A stretch of DNA of 64,000 nucleotides from a virus (IMGVR_UViG_3300049048_000035:31856-95855), one strand, 5' to 3'; shown: positions 45,996 through 54,867, counted from the first letter of the stretch. The notes: generated by a model not told the origin, from the sequence alone. A program made the numbers and translations.

Positions 45996-46323
45996 TGTTC
46001 TCCCCCTTGTCCTTCATGGCAGCGCGGAGGGTGCGAACCATGTCTTCCATCGACCACTGATCGGGGCGGCTGCCGTCGTCAATGTCCATCTGCATGCGGC
46101 GAATCACCTTGTCGGCAGCCTGTCGCAGCGCCTGTACCTGCGCTTGTAGAGACTGGATCAGAGCGGTGGCGGTTGCGTGGTCGGCGAGAGATTGGTACTC
46201 GGCAGACCAGCCGGGGGGACGCGCCCCAAGGACGAACAGCGGGCACAGCGACTCCGGGCCTTCGTGCTTCACCCGGGTCCACGCCACCACCGGCAGCTCG
46301 TTCGCGTTATTTCCTGCGGTCAT
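45970..46323 (-). CDS. hypothetical protein (117 aa) in a high-GC insertion
   Basis: Open frame with GCG/CGC/CCG-rich codon usage unlike neighbouring genes. Confidence 0.45.
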   Translation of the reverse strand: MTAGNNANELPVVAWTRVKHEGPESLCPLFVLGARPPGWSAEYQSLADHATATALIQSLQAQVQALRQAADKVIRRMQMDIDDGSRPDQWSMEDMVRTLRAAMKDKGENNDKRTTDS

Positions 46324-46718
46324 GATTCCTCCGATTTGGTGAGCGGTCGCTGTGTCGGCTCTGCGGGGGAGGCGGCTGCAAGCACCGAGCGCACCATTTC
46401 CTCGTCGTCCCCATCGTTGAACGGCTCGGGAATCAGCATGCGCACAGCCTCCACTACGTCGTTCACCTCGAACTCGCGGTAGTTACCCCACAGCAAGGCG
46501 ACGATTCGGCGGATGCCGATCTCCCATCGGTCCACGCGCACCGTCTTGCCGTCCTCGCGGACCTCGTACTGCGCCACCGGCTGTGCTGCTGTTGTGGCAG
46601 CGAGGTCGCGCGCCCAGTCCTCGGCATAGGACAGCAGCGTGTCCCCGAGACTGTTGCCTTCGTCTTTCAGCGCCTGCCCCCACTTGCGGAACGCTGCCAG
46701 TGCAGTAGTGTCAGTCAT
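46320..46718 (-). CDS. hypothetical protein (132 aa) in a high-GC insertion
   Basis: Same atypical codon usage. Preceded by its own promoter-like element and the terminator of the upstream gene. Confidence 0.45.
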   Translation of the reverse strand: MTDTTALAAFRKWGQALKDEGNSLGDTLLSYAEDWARDLAATTAAQPVAQYEVREDGKTVRVDRWEIGIRRIVALLWGNYREFEVNDVVEAVRMLIPEPFNDGDDEEMVRSVLAAASPAEPTQRPLTKSEES

Positions 46719-46750
46719 GTTCGTTCTCCTTTCAAATTCTCAAGTTTGTC

Positions 46751-46779
46751 ATTCTACAAATAGAAAAGCCCCGCGTCAA
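46751..46779 (-). promoter_or_regulatory. sigma70-like promoter (TTGACG-N17-TAGAAT, minus strand) for the high-GC insertion; its -35 sits in the loop of the preceding terminator hairpin
   Basis: Minus-strand reading ...ccccgcTTGACGcggggcttttctatttgTAGAATgacaaacttgagaatttgaaaggagaacgaacATG. Confidence 0.4.
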
Positions 46780-46790
46780 GCGGGGCTAAG
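46765..46790 (-). terminator. hairpin terminator after the 295-aa gene
   Basis: agccccgc / gcggggct stem with gtcaa loop. On the minus strand it is followed by ttttctatttg. Confidence 0.45.
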
Positions 46791-46801
46791 AAGCTTCATG
46801 C

Positions 46802-47689
46802 TCAATGAGCCGTCACAGGCTGCATGTTGCGAGCAAACATCATCAGGTTGGAAGCCATTTCCATGACTTCAGCCTGCGTGGCTTCCAGCGGGATAGCCAC
46901 CACCATATGCTCCGTGCGGAACACACGCTCCTGCGGCAGCTTGTCCACAGCACGGCGGTCTTGCTTGGCAGACGCAGCCGGAACACCAGCAGCTTCCCGA
47001 GCATCGCTCGTAGCAGCAGCCTCGTTCAGCATCACAGCTTCATCAGCCGAAGGCTGGTTGCCAGCAGCAGGAGCTTCGGCTTGAGCCGGGGCAGCAGCTT
47101 GGGCAGCCTGCACAGGGGCAGCTTGAGCGGGCTGGGCAGCAGCTTGAGCCTTACGCTCAGCCACAGCCTTCACTTCTTTCTCATAGCGCTCCTTGTCCAC
47201 AGCACGGCGGATGGACTGGATGCTGTCAAACCGTTGCTTTTCAAGCCGGGCAGTCACCAGCTTGATAGCCTCGGCAGGCTTGGCATCCTCGATCCAGTCA
47301 TGGATGGACTCATGACCACCCAGCCACTCGAACAGGCGGGCAGCCACGTCCGTCCGACGCTGCACGGTCTTGTAGTCTTCACCAGCGGGCGTTTTGCAGT
47401 CATAGCCAGCACGCTCGTAGATCGGACGCAGGGCGGCACGAACCTTTTTGTCCACCTTCTCCTGATTGGCGAAGAACACCAGGTTGACAGCCATTTCGAC
47501 ATGCAGCGCATTCTTGTGCCAGCCGAACGCTTCGCGCAGGGCAGTCACATAGACAGTGTTTTCGTCCTTCTTGGCAGTGGTCTTGGTAGCCACAGCGGGC
47601 TTCTCGCCAGCCTTCAGGGCAGCCTTGATGTTGCCAGCAGTGGCGGGGGCCTTGCGAGAGCCGCGAGCGGTAGAGGTAGCAGTCGTCAT
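46802..47689 (-). CDS. hypothetical protein (295 aa) with an Ala/Gln-rich low-complexity linker
   Basis: Start at MTTATS with RBS ggaacggagc. The N-terminal half is a conserved-looking globular region; the C-terminus has a QAAAQPAQAAPVQAAQAAAPAQAEAP linker. Confidence 0.45.
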   Translation of the reverse strand: MTTATSTARGSRKAPATAGNIKAALKAGEKPAVATKTTAKKDENTVYVTALREAFGWHKNALHVEMAVNLVFFANQEKVDKKVRAALRPIYERAGYDCKTPAGEDYKTVQRRTDVAARLFEWLGGHESIHDWIEDAKPAEAIKLVTARLEKQRFDSIQSIRRAVDKERYEKEVKAVAERKAQAAAQPAQAAPVQAAQAAAPAQAEAPAAGNQPSADEAVMLNEAAATSDAREAAGVPAASAKQDRRAVDKLPQERVFRTEHMVVAIPLEATQAEVMEMASNLMMFARNMQPVTAH

Positions 47690-47832
47690 GATAAGCTCCG
47701 TTCCGGTTAAGGGGTCTATCCCCAAGCGTTTTACTTCATTTCGACTCAGCACCATTGCCGTGTCGATGAGTGAACTTTAGCACGCTCTCGGCACTTAGCA
47801 AGGACTTTTAAGCCCTAAAGTGTGTCAATGTG

Positions 47833-48147
47833 TTACCAGAACTTCCACCAAGGCTTAATTTCACACTCTGCCCGCTCAGCGTGATCCTTAAGCTTCTGCT
47901 TGAACACATCCTGATAGCGTTTACTAACTTCCTCAGCAACCCCCATGTCCTTCAGAACAATAGGTTGTACCTTGGGTTCAAACCAGCGTGCAGAGACATA
48001 GCATCCTCCCAACTTACGTAGCGTGGAACAGAAGTACCTAGCCCCTCCCGTCACTGGGTCAACATTTCTAGGGTGGTGACATTTGGAGTAGTCATTACCC
48101 ATGATAACTACCTTCTCGCAATGCTTGCAGTCATAGCACAACTTCAT
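47833..48147 (-). CDS. Cys-rich (zinc-finger-like) protein (104 aa)
   Basis: RBS aaagggagggagtgacATG. The pattern is CYDCKHC...CHH...C...C. Confidence 0.4.
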   Translation of the reverse strand: MKLCYDCKHCEKVVIMGNDYSKCHHPRNVDPVTGGARYFCSTLRKLGGCYVSARWFEPKVQPIVLKDMGVAEEVSKRYQDVFKQKLKDHAERAECEIKPWWKFW

Positions 48148-48148
48148 G

Positions 48149-48340
48149 TCACTCCCTCCCTTTCGCAGCAATAACCCACAACTGTCCAGCTTTGAACCCA
48201 CCTTCAGGAACAGTAATCAACACTTCAGCAGCCTTCAGCTTCTCTGTATTGGTAAGGAGTACGAAAGGTCTGTGGTTGTGCTTCTTCACAAGCTCTTTCA
48301 GGTCACGCAGCAGCGCTAGGTCTTTCTCAAGATCACTCAT
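48149..48340 (-). CDS. hypothetical protein (63 aa)
   Basis: Operon context; the start overlaps the ligase stop. Confidence 0.35.
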   Translation of the reverse strand: MSDLEKDLALLRDLKELVKKHNHRPFVLLTNTEKLKAAEVLITVPEGGFKAGQLWVIAAKGRE

Positions 48341-49280
48341 CAACCATGTCTCCTGCATCACGCAAACTGATAAACGTAGGCATCCGAGGCTTGTCCTTCT
48401 GCCCGTGAGCAAAGAACTTAGCCTTGCCGATCTGCCCAGTGAACTCACCAGGATTATCGAAGTAGTGCTTGCGAAGGTCGTGAGGCAGTTCACCCGGGCC
48501 AACAGTCACAAGCTGACCCTTCTGGATCAACACTTTATCCATGTACACAACGTCAGCCAGAGCCTGCATCGTGATGTTGCCAATCATACCCTTGGGCACC
48601 ATGTTCTCTTGATGCGTGGAACGCTCAGACCGGCCTAGCTCATTCGTCTTGGCTTCGTTCTGGTTTTCTAGGGCTTCCTCAAACGAAACGATGATGCCTT
48701 CAAAGTCCACGAACGGCTTCCGACGCATGTACGCACCAACCTTCACAGTGGCCCGTCCGCTCTTGTGCATGCCTTCAGGGTCACGCACGATGACACCTTC
48801 GTAGCCTGCTTCCATGCACCAATTTTCAAAATTGAGAAAATCTTGCAGACTGTCCAACCTATCCCGGGACACGAACTTGATGTTACGGCTTACGTAGAAG
48901 CTGAAGTTGTCAGCAATCTTCCTTGCCAGAGCCTTAAGCCGGTCCTCGTAGCCAAGGTGCAGAACGTCAGGATGTAGGTAGTCAAACAGGTGCCATTCTA
49001 CATCAGGCTCACCACTTGCCCTACGCACAGCACTGGTGGTTGTACGGCACAAGTCCCATGCTGTCTCCTTGCCTGTCAGGGCAAGCTCCCCGTCGAAGCC
49101 GATGAACTCATCCCCGCTGTACTTAGCTGTCAGGAACTTGTTAGGGATCGGCTTCAGGCTTCGCTGCTTGATCGTACCGTCTAGGTTGATGCCTCGTACA
49201 CCGTCGATCTTGGGCAGCCCGATGAGCGGGAACTTCAGCTTGGACTCGTCTAGGTCGCAGGCAAGGTGTGGTTTGAGCAT
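48333..49280 (-). CDS. ATP-dependent DNA ligase (T7 gp1.3-like)
   Basis: Adenylation motif I KIDGVRG (KxDG). Start at MLKPH with RBS gaaaggagccacATG. First gene of the leftward operon. Confidence 0.85.
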   Translation of the reverse strand: MLKPHLACDLDESKLKFPLIGLPKIDGVRGINLDGTIKQRSLKPIPNKFLTAKYSGDEFIGFDGELALTGKETAWDLCRTTTSAVRRASGEPDVEWHLFDYLHPDVLHLGYEDRLKALARKIADNFSFYVSRNIKFVSRDRLDSLQDFLNFENWCMEAGYEGVIVRDPEGMHKSGRATVKVGAYMRRKPFVDFEGIIVSFEEALENQNEAKTNELGRSERSTHQENMVPKGMIGNITMQALADVVYMDKVLIQKGQLVTVGPGELPHDLRKHYFDNPGEFTGQIGKAKFFAHGQKDKPRMPTFISLRDAGDMVDE

Positions 49281-49446
49281 GTGGCTCCTTTCGTGGTTGT
49301 TGAAACGTGTAACGAAGCATATAATAGCGGCTAGCCGCCTGTCAACTGGCTCCGAAGGAGCTATCAGCTTGTCGGTAGCTGTATGCCTGTCTACCGACAA
49401 ACAGGACAACTAAGCCCTCTGGCGGCATCCGCCGCTATAAGTATTA

Positions 49447-49495
49447 TTGTCACACATTTTTACTACTTGTGTCAAGTAGTTGTTGAGTGTGACAA
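49447..49495. promoter_or_regulatory. 49-bp near-perfect palindrome (operator-like) in the divergent control region
   Basis: TTGTCACAC-atttttACTACTTG-tgt-CAAGTAGTtgttgaGTGTGACAA. The outer 9-bp and inner 8-bp arms share the centre at 49471. Confidence 0.6.
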
Positions 49496-49512
49496 AGGGT
49501 TATTCGTTGTTC

Positions 49513-49536
49513 TGGTGCAACAGTCTTGGTGCAACA
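49513..49536. promoter_or_regulatory. direct repeat TGGTGCAACA x2 (possible regulator binding sites)
   Basis: Copies at 49513-22 and 49527-36, followed by the hairpin cgtagggaaagccctacg (49543-60) and a TTGACA -35-like hexamer at about 49573. Confidence 0.4.
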
Positions 49537-49651
49537 AAACTACGTAGGGAAAGCCCTACGCAGAAATACGTTGACAACGGCTAGACAGGCTGTTCCAATC
49601 TAACCCTGTCGGAGTGCAATGCTCTGACGTAACAAGAAAGGTGGTTCGTGT

Positions 49652-49987
49652 ATGGCTACTCAGCGTCCCAACAAGCGGGAAGCATTCTACGCTGCTTATA
49701 TGGAAAGCAAAGCCCGCTTGGCAGCAGGGCTGGGAGATATTCGGGATGATGCTCTGGTGTCAATTTGGGACATGGCTGTTAGTGCCACGAAGACCCGCGA
49801 CACCATCGTCAAGCAGCACAGGGAACTGAGCGACAAGCATCAACAAGCCCTGTCCCGTCTGCTGACGAAGACTCATGAGTGCGAAATTGCTGAAGCTCGC
49901 TGCCGCATGCTCTCTGCCGATCAAGTGTCGCTGACGGAATACGAACTGGAAAAGCTCAAGGGGGAGCCCAATCCCTACATGAATTAA
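49652..49987 (+). CDS. hypothetical protein (111 aa), first gene of the rightward operon
   Basis: RBS aagaaaggtgg. Confidence 0.5.
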   Translation: MATQRPNKREAFYAAYMESKARLAAGLGDIRDDALVSIWDMAVSATKTRDTIVKQHRELSDKHQQALSRLLTKTHECEIAEARCRMLSADQVSLTEYELEKLKGEPNPYMN

Positions 49988-49996
49988 GGAGGAAGA

Positions 49997-50479
49997 ATGA
50001 TGAAACTGAAAGTGAAGAAGCTGCGTCCTGACGCTCACATTCCCAAGTATGAGACTCCGGGGGCAGCTTGCTTTGACCTGCGAGTGCCCGGTGACCCGGA
50101 TGCTCTCTCAGCAGACCCTACAGCCCTCAACGTCACCCCTGTCCTGTATGGGAAGCCTGTAGTCTTTGACACTGGCCTTGCCTTTGACATTCCTGACGGC
50201 TACGTCATGCTGATCTTCAGCCGTAGCGGGCATGGCTTCAACAAAGACACCCGCCTTGCCAACTGTGTTGGAGTCATTGACTCGGACTACGTTGGGGAAG
50301 TCAAGGTGAAGCTGACCAGTGATGCTGTGTGGACTTCGCAAGGCTCCCTCTACGTCAAACCTGGCAGTGCCATTGCACAAGCTATGGTGTTGCCTGTGGA
50401 ACAGGTTGGCTTTGAGGAAGTGGAAGAACTGAAGACCACGGAGCGTGGAGCTAACGGCTTCGGCTCTACAGGGGCTTGA
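49997..50479 (+). CDS. dut: dUTP diphosphatase
   Basis: dUTPase motifs are present: FSRSGHG (motif II) and GVIDSDYVGEV (motif III). Confidence 0.7.
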   Translation: MMKLKVKKLRPDAHIPKYETPGAACFDLRVPGDPDALSADPTALNVTPVLYGKPVVFDTGLAFDIPDGYVMLIFSRSGHGFNKDTRLANCVGVIDSDYVGEVKVKLTSDAVWTSQGSLYVKPGSAIAQAMVLPVEQVGFEEVEELKTTERGANGFGSTGA

Positions 50480-50480
50480 C

Positions 50481-50807
50481 GTGAAGCTGCTGCTGTGTCT
50501 GAAGTGTCAAGACGTTCAGAAGCTGGCTATGTACCCCGAGGCGGCATGGTGTTCCTGCCGTAGCTCTTGGGGTCAGTACGTCAATGACTTGGATGCTGAG
50601 TTCGGTGGAGAGCACGCTATGCTGCTGGGCATCCATAACAGCAGCCTTGCCCATGCCATCCGGGACCAGCTTAGGCTAGGCGATATAACTGAGGGGTGGC
50701 ATGCTGGGCTGGGCCGTAAGTTTGAAGCGTTCATCATCCCTGAGAGCGCCCCCACTGTTAGGCGAGAGGGGAAAGCCCCTACACTTCAGTCGGTTATGAA
50801 ACAGTGA
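50481..50807 (+). CDS. Cys-rich hypothetical protein (108 aa)
   Basis: GTG start abutting the dut stop; the pattern is C..C......C.C. Confidence 0.35.
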   Translation: MKLLLCLKCQDVQKLAMYPEAAWCSCRSSWGQYVNDLDAEFGGEHAMLLGIHNSSLAHAIRDQLRLGDITEGWHAGLGRKFEAFIIPESAPTVRREGKAPTLQSVMKQ

Positions 50808-50945
50808 TATAGTTCACTCATTCGTCAAACGATCTTGCGCTGTTGGGAAGGAAGCCCACAAGAGGCTTACAGAAGCAAGGCACACAACGGAAAGGTTTCT
50901 TGTTAGTCAGTCATAACACTTAAATCCCTGAGAGGGGCTTCTACC

Positions 50946-51344
50946 ATGACCACGTATCGCCGCGTCCGAAACGCGCAGCCGTCCATCATTAGCTACGAGT
51001 TCAACTACTACAATGAGGCTGTGCAATTTGCATGTGCTAATGAACTCCTAGAACCGTCTAAGCCTTACAAGCGTGGGGCTGTGTGGGTTGTCAGCATGCG
51101 CAACCCAGCCCCGAAGGTAGGGCTGTACGCCAAGGTGGATGATTGGAAGAAGCCTTTCTCCACGTATGATGAGTGGCGTGGCGTTGAGGGGCTTGAGCGC
51201 ATCCCTGTCCACCTGACTGAAGCTCAGGTTGGAAAGCGTGTGCGAGAAGTTCAGCAGGAACGTTTGGAGCAAGTTAAGTGGACAGGTCTGCCTCAGTTCG
51301 TGTACGATCAAGCCCATAACAGCAAAAGGACAGGCTTTCACTGA
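50946..51344 (+). CDS. hypothetical protein (132 aa)
   Basis: Operon context. Confidence 0.45.
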   Translation: MTTYRRVRNAQPSIISYEFNYYNEAVQFACANELLEPSKPYKRGAVWVVSMRNPAPKVGLYAKVDDWKKPFSTYDEWRGVEGLERIPVHLTEAQVGKRVREVQQERLEQVKWTGLPQFVYDQAHNSKRTGFH

Positions 51345-51529
51345 GAGTCTTCCAAGCTGAAGACGGAAGCTGGTTTTGTGTGTGCTGGCCCGTGACTGGT
51401 CACGGGTCTACGGAGAGGGCAGCTAGAGTGGACTACGAGTTGCGTAGACTGCTGTGGGTGCCCTACAATGAGATTCCCAAAATTCGGAAAGCATGAGAGC
51501 GATGATGGGGAGCAAACCAAGGAGAAGAA

Positions 51530-51865
51530 ATGATTGAGCCTAGTCTGCCAGAACGAGTTGTTAACAAACTATTGAACTTTCGTCCAACGATTTGCCGCAG
51601 GGGTGATGAGCCCCCTTTGGCTTACATGGTTGAGCACTTCTACTGGAAGATGCCCAAGGAAGAACGAGAAGAGGGTACGCGGCTCTACCTTGAAGCGATC
51701 AAGCGGCATGTAACCCTGTTGGACGAGGCAACAGAGATTGCAAGGCTCAGGGAAGCCCTTAAACAAGCTCAGGAGGCTTTGGAAGTGGTCATGGCAGGGG
51801 GTACTAGACACAAAGCGTCTGCGGCGCTTAAAAAGGCTAAAACAACTTTGAAGGAAACAGAATGA
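51530..51865 (+). CDS. hypothetical protein (111 aa)
   Basis: RBS aaggagaagaaATG. Confidence 0.45.
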   Translation: MIEPSLPERVVNKLLNFRPTICRRGDEPPLAYMVEHFYWKMPKEEREEGTRLYLEAIKRHVTLLDEATEIARLREALKQAQEALEVVMAGGTRHKASAALKKAKTTLKETE

Positions 51866-52077
51866 GCGACCGCGTTATCTCTTGGAAAGAGCAATTGGAG
51901 GTAATGGAATCACTAGTCGCCGCTTGCGGTTTGTCTGACTACGAGGATGTAAGGGCTAAAATGTCAAACCTCTTGGTTGAAAAATACAAGAGGAAGGCAG
52001 GTGATCTTTTCATATTTGAACCAATCCCCACTATGGAATTGCAAGAGTTCCAAAACTGGCTGTTGATGGAGAACTAA
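51862..52077 (+). CDS. hypothetical protein (71 aa)
   Basis: ATGA coupling with the upstream gene. Confidence 0.4.
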   Translation: MSDRVISWKEQLEVMESLVAACGLSDYEDVRAKMSNLLVEKYKRKAGDLFIFEPIPTMELQEFQNWLLMEN

Positions 52078-52079
52078 AA

Positions 52080-53105
52080 ATGAGCGACGTAGCATTTGTC
52101 ATCGGGCGGTTCCAGCCCTACCATCGTGGGCACCATGCCCTCATCCATCGTGCTTTCCAGAGCGCTGACCACGTTGTTGTCATCATTGGCGACACTGGCT
52201 GTCGTCCCGATTTCCGCAACCCTTGGACGTTCGAGGAACGGGAAGAATGGATCGAAACGATCTGGAACAACGAGAAGTCTGAACACCAGCACATTACCTG
52301 CCTCTGCGTCGAAGACATTCCCTATGACGACGCGGCATGGGTGAAGGCTGTCAAGGAGGCTGTGGCAGGCGTAACGGATGACAGCAAAGCTGGCAGACGA
52401 ACCCTCATCGGCCACAACAAGGACGACAGCAGCTTTTACCTGAAGCTGTTCCCTGAGTGGGAGTACGTGGAAGTTGTGCCTGAGCATACGGCAGGGGCTA
52501 CGCTCATCCGTGAACTGTTCTTCAGCGGAGAATGGCCCCGGGTGGAGAAGATGCTTCACCCTGTTGTGTGGAAGTCCATCAAGGCAATGCCTGTAGACCG
52601 CTACCACGATGCCCAAGGTGATTGGGTTGCCATTCAGGCGCACGATGCTGAATGGGATAGCGACGGTGCTATACGCTACGGTGTCCAACACGTAGCCGTT
52701 GACGCTCTGCTGTACAGCGACACGCATGTCCTGCTGATCGAACGTGGGGGCGAAGTTGGCAACGGGGCTTGGGCTATGCCTGGGGGCTTCGTCAACAAGG
52801 GTGAACGTCTGCTGGACGCTGCCCTTCGGGAGTTGGAAGAAGAAACAGGTATCCGACTAAATCGCTCGGATTACTCTTCGCACGGCATCGGGACTACGGT
52901 AGCATTCGATCATCCCCGGCGCAGTATGCGGGGCCGTATCTTTACTAACGTAATGGCCCAGTGGGTTGACCACACGCAGTACGAACCCAAGGCAGCGGAC
53001 GATGCGGCAAAGGCTTTCTGGTTCCCGATTGCTGACCTGAAGGTGAACAAGCGGAAGTTTTTCAGCGATCATTGGCACATCATCAACTACTTCGTGGGTG
53101 AATAA
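52080..53105 (+). CDS. natV: bifunctional NMN adenylyltransferase (NadM-type) / Nudix ADP-ribose pyrophosphatase (NatV-like)
   Basis: N-terminal cytidylyltransferase motif GRFQPYHRGH. C-terminal Nudix box GGFVNKGERLLDAALRELEEETGI. Confidence 0.75.
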   Translation: MSDVAFVIGRFQPYHRGHHALIHRAFQSADHVVVIIGDTGCRPDFRNPWTFEEREEWIETIWNNEKSEHQHITCLCVEDIPYDDAAWVKAVKEAVAGVTDDSKAGRRTLIGHNKDDSSFYLKLFPEWEYVEVVPEHTAGATLIRELFFSGEWPRVEKMLHPVVWKSIKAMPVDRYHDAQGDWVAIQAHDAEWDSDGAIRYGVQHVAVDALLYSDTHVLLIERGGEVGNGAWAMPGGFVNKGERLLDAALRELEEETGIRLNRSDYSSHGIGTTVAFDHPRRSMRGRIFTNVMAQWVDHTQYEPKAADDAAKAFWFPIADLKVNKRKFFSDHWHIINYFVGE

Positions 53106-53106
53106 A

Positions 53107-53244
53107 ATGCAATGGTACAATTGGCTTGGCTACATCCTTATGGCTTACATGACGTTCGGAGTGGCCTTCGCAGGCTTCCCGACTTGGAAAGGCTGGCTCA
53201 TTGTCATTGCTGCTGCTTTGCTCATCGGACTTCGCTTGAACTGA
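53107..53244 (+). CDS. small hydrophobic protein (45 aa) between natV and nadV
   Basis: MQWYNWLGYILMAYMTFGVAFAGFPTWKGWLIVIAAALLIGLRLN. Below the ORF-track cut-off. Confidence 0.3.
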   Translation: MQWYNWLGYILMAYMTFGVAFAGFPTWKGWLIVIAAALLIGLRLN

Positions 53245-53271
53245 ATAACAAACTGAACTAGGAGAAACCAA

Positions 53272-54666
53272 ATGAACCGCAACCTCATCCTCTGCACCGA
53301 CAGCTACAAGACTTCCCACTACCTGCAATACCCTCCGGGAACGGATGCCCTGTTCAGCTACGTCGAAGCCCGTAGCAAGGGGCTGGGTAAAGACCTGACG
53401 GTGTTCTTCGGCCTGCAAGCCATCCTGAAGGAATACCTAGCGTGGCCGATCACGTTCCACGATATTGAGCAAGCGGAGATTGTGTGCAAGCTGCACGGGG
53501 TTCCGTTCAATACAATGGGTTGGCTGCGTATCCTGAAAGAACACAACGGCTACATGCCCGTCCGCATCCGTGCCGTCCCCGAAGGGACTGTTGTGCCCAC
53601 GGGTAACGTCCTGATGACTGTGGAATCGACGGACCCTGAGTTGCCGTGGGTTGGTTCTTTCCTCGAAACGCTGTTGCTGCGTGTGTGGTACCCTACCACT
53701 GTGGCTACTCGTTCCTACCTTGCCAAGCAAGTCATCAAGGCTGCGCTTGAGAAGTCGGCTGACAACCTCGACGGCTTGCCCTTCAAGCTGCATGACTTCG
53801 GCGCTCGTGGCGTGTCCTCTGGTGAGTCTGCTGCGCTGGGTGGCATGGGTCACTTGGTCAACTTCATGGGCACGGACACGATGGAAGCTCTGCTTGCTGC
53901 ACAGGAGTTCTACGACTGTGACATGGCTGGCTTCAGCATTCCGGCTGCGGAGCATTCCACGATTACTTCGTGGGGTCGTGGACCGGGTAATGAAGTGGAC
54001 GCCTACCGCAACATGATTAAGCAGTATGGCAAGCCTGGGGCTATCTATGCTGTGGTATCTGATAGCTACAACATTTACAACGCTGTGGACTTGCAGTGGG
54101 GTGTTGCCCTGCACGATGAAGTTGTTGCCTCTGGTGCTACCCTCGTCATCCGTCCCGACTCTGGCGACCCCGTGACGCTGCTGCCTGAACTGGCCCGCAT
54201 CATTGAGAAGCGCTTCGGCTGCACGACCAACAGCAAGGGCTACAAGGTGTTCAACCATGTCCGCATGATCCAAGGCGACGGCATTGACAGCCCTGAGCGT
54301 ATCAATGCCATCCTGAATTTCTTCATGGCTGCTGGCTACAGCGCTGACAACCTTGCCTTCGGCATGGGTGGTGGGCTGCTTCAGAAGTGCGACCGGGATA
54401 CCTTCAGCTTTGCCATGAAGTGCAGTGCTGCCCGTGTGAACGGGGAGTGGCGTGACGTTTACAAAGACCCGGTTGGCGACAGCGGCAAGAAGTCGAAGAA
54501 GGGGATGCTTGACCTGATTCAGTACGAGGATGGCACCTTCAAGACTGTTCGTGAAAACGAGATTGACATTGAGTGCGGACCTGACTCTGCCCTGCATGTT
54601 GTCTACGAGAACGGCCAATTCTTTAACGAAACGACGCTTGACGAAATCCGCAAGCGGACTGCATAA
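53272..54666 (+). CDS. nadV: nicotinamide phosphoribosyltransferase (NadV/NAMPT)
   Basis: N-terminus NLILCTDSYKTSHYLQYPPGT matches the NAMPT N-terminal signature; 464 aa. Confidence 0.85.
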   Translation: MNRNLILCTDSYKTSHYLQYPPGTDALFSYVEARSKGLGKDLTVFFGLQAILKEYLAWPITFHDIEQAEIVCKLHGVPFNTMGWLRILKEHNGYMPVRIRAVPEGTVVPTGNVLMTVESTDPELPWVGSFLETLLLRVWYPTTVATRSYLAKQVIKAALEKSADNLDGLPFKLHDFGARGVSSGESAALGGMGHLVNFMGTDTMEALLAAQEFYDCDMAGFSIPAAEHSTITSWGRGPGNEVDAYRNMIKQYGKPGAIYAVVSDSYNIYNAVDLQWGVALHDEVVASGATLVIRPDSGDPVTLLPELARIIEKRFGCTTNSKGYKVFNHVRMIQGDGIDSPERINAILNFFMAAGYSADNLAFGMGGGLLQKCDRDTFSFAMKCSAARVNGEWRDVYKDPVGDSGKKSKKGMLDLIQYEDGTFKTVRENEIDIECGPDSALHVVYENGQFFNETTLDEIRKRTA

Positions 54667-54692
54667 TCTAGACACACTTTAGGGAGAGAGTC

Positions 54693-54857
54693 ATGCCTAC
54701 TGCACTTCAAATCATCCTTGCCCTGCTGCTGTGCTGGGTGCTGTTCCTCGCAGTCGTCTTCAAGACAAAGAGCTTTGGGTCTGCCTTTGTTTTCAAGTTC
54801 CTCCCCGTGGCTCTCACCCTGCCGCTGGCCTTCTGGCTCATCAAGCCGTTCATCTAA
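54693..54857 (+). CDS. small membrane protein (54 aa)
   Basis: RBS agggagagagtcATG; two hydrophobic segments. Confidence 0.35.
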   Translation: MPTALQIILALLLCWVLFLAVVFKTKSFGSAFVFKFLPVALTLPLAFWLIKPFI

Positions 54858-54867
54858 GGAGAACATC

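Noticed and set aside
46805-47710. 301-aa plus-strand ORF
   Set aside because: Antisense to the 295-aa Ala/Gln-rich gene. It is a Ser/Leu/Gly-rich artefact of GC-rich sequence.
49573-49606. Precise sigma70 promoter call TTGACA-N17-TCCAAT upstream of ORF 49652
   Set aside because: The -10 lacks the critical A at position -11. Reported only as a -35-like hexamer within the control region, not as a confident promoter.
53437-54675. 412-aa minus-strand ORF
   Set aside because: Antisense to the well-supported nadV gene. Also the 217-aa ORF 52074..52727, antisense to natV.
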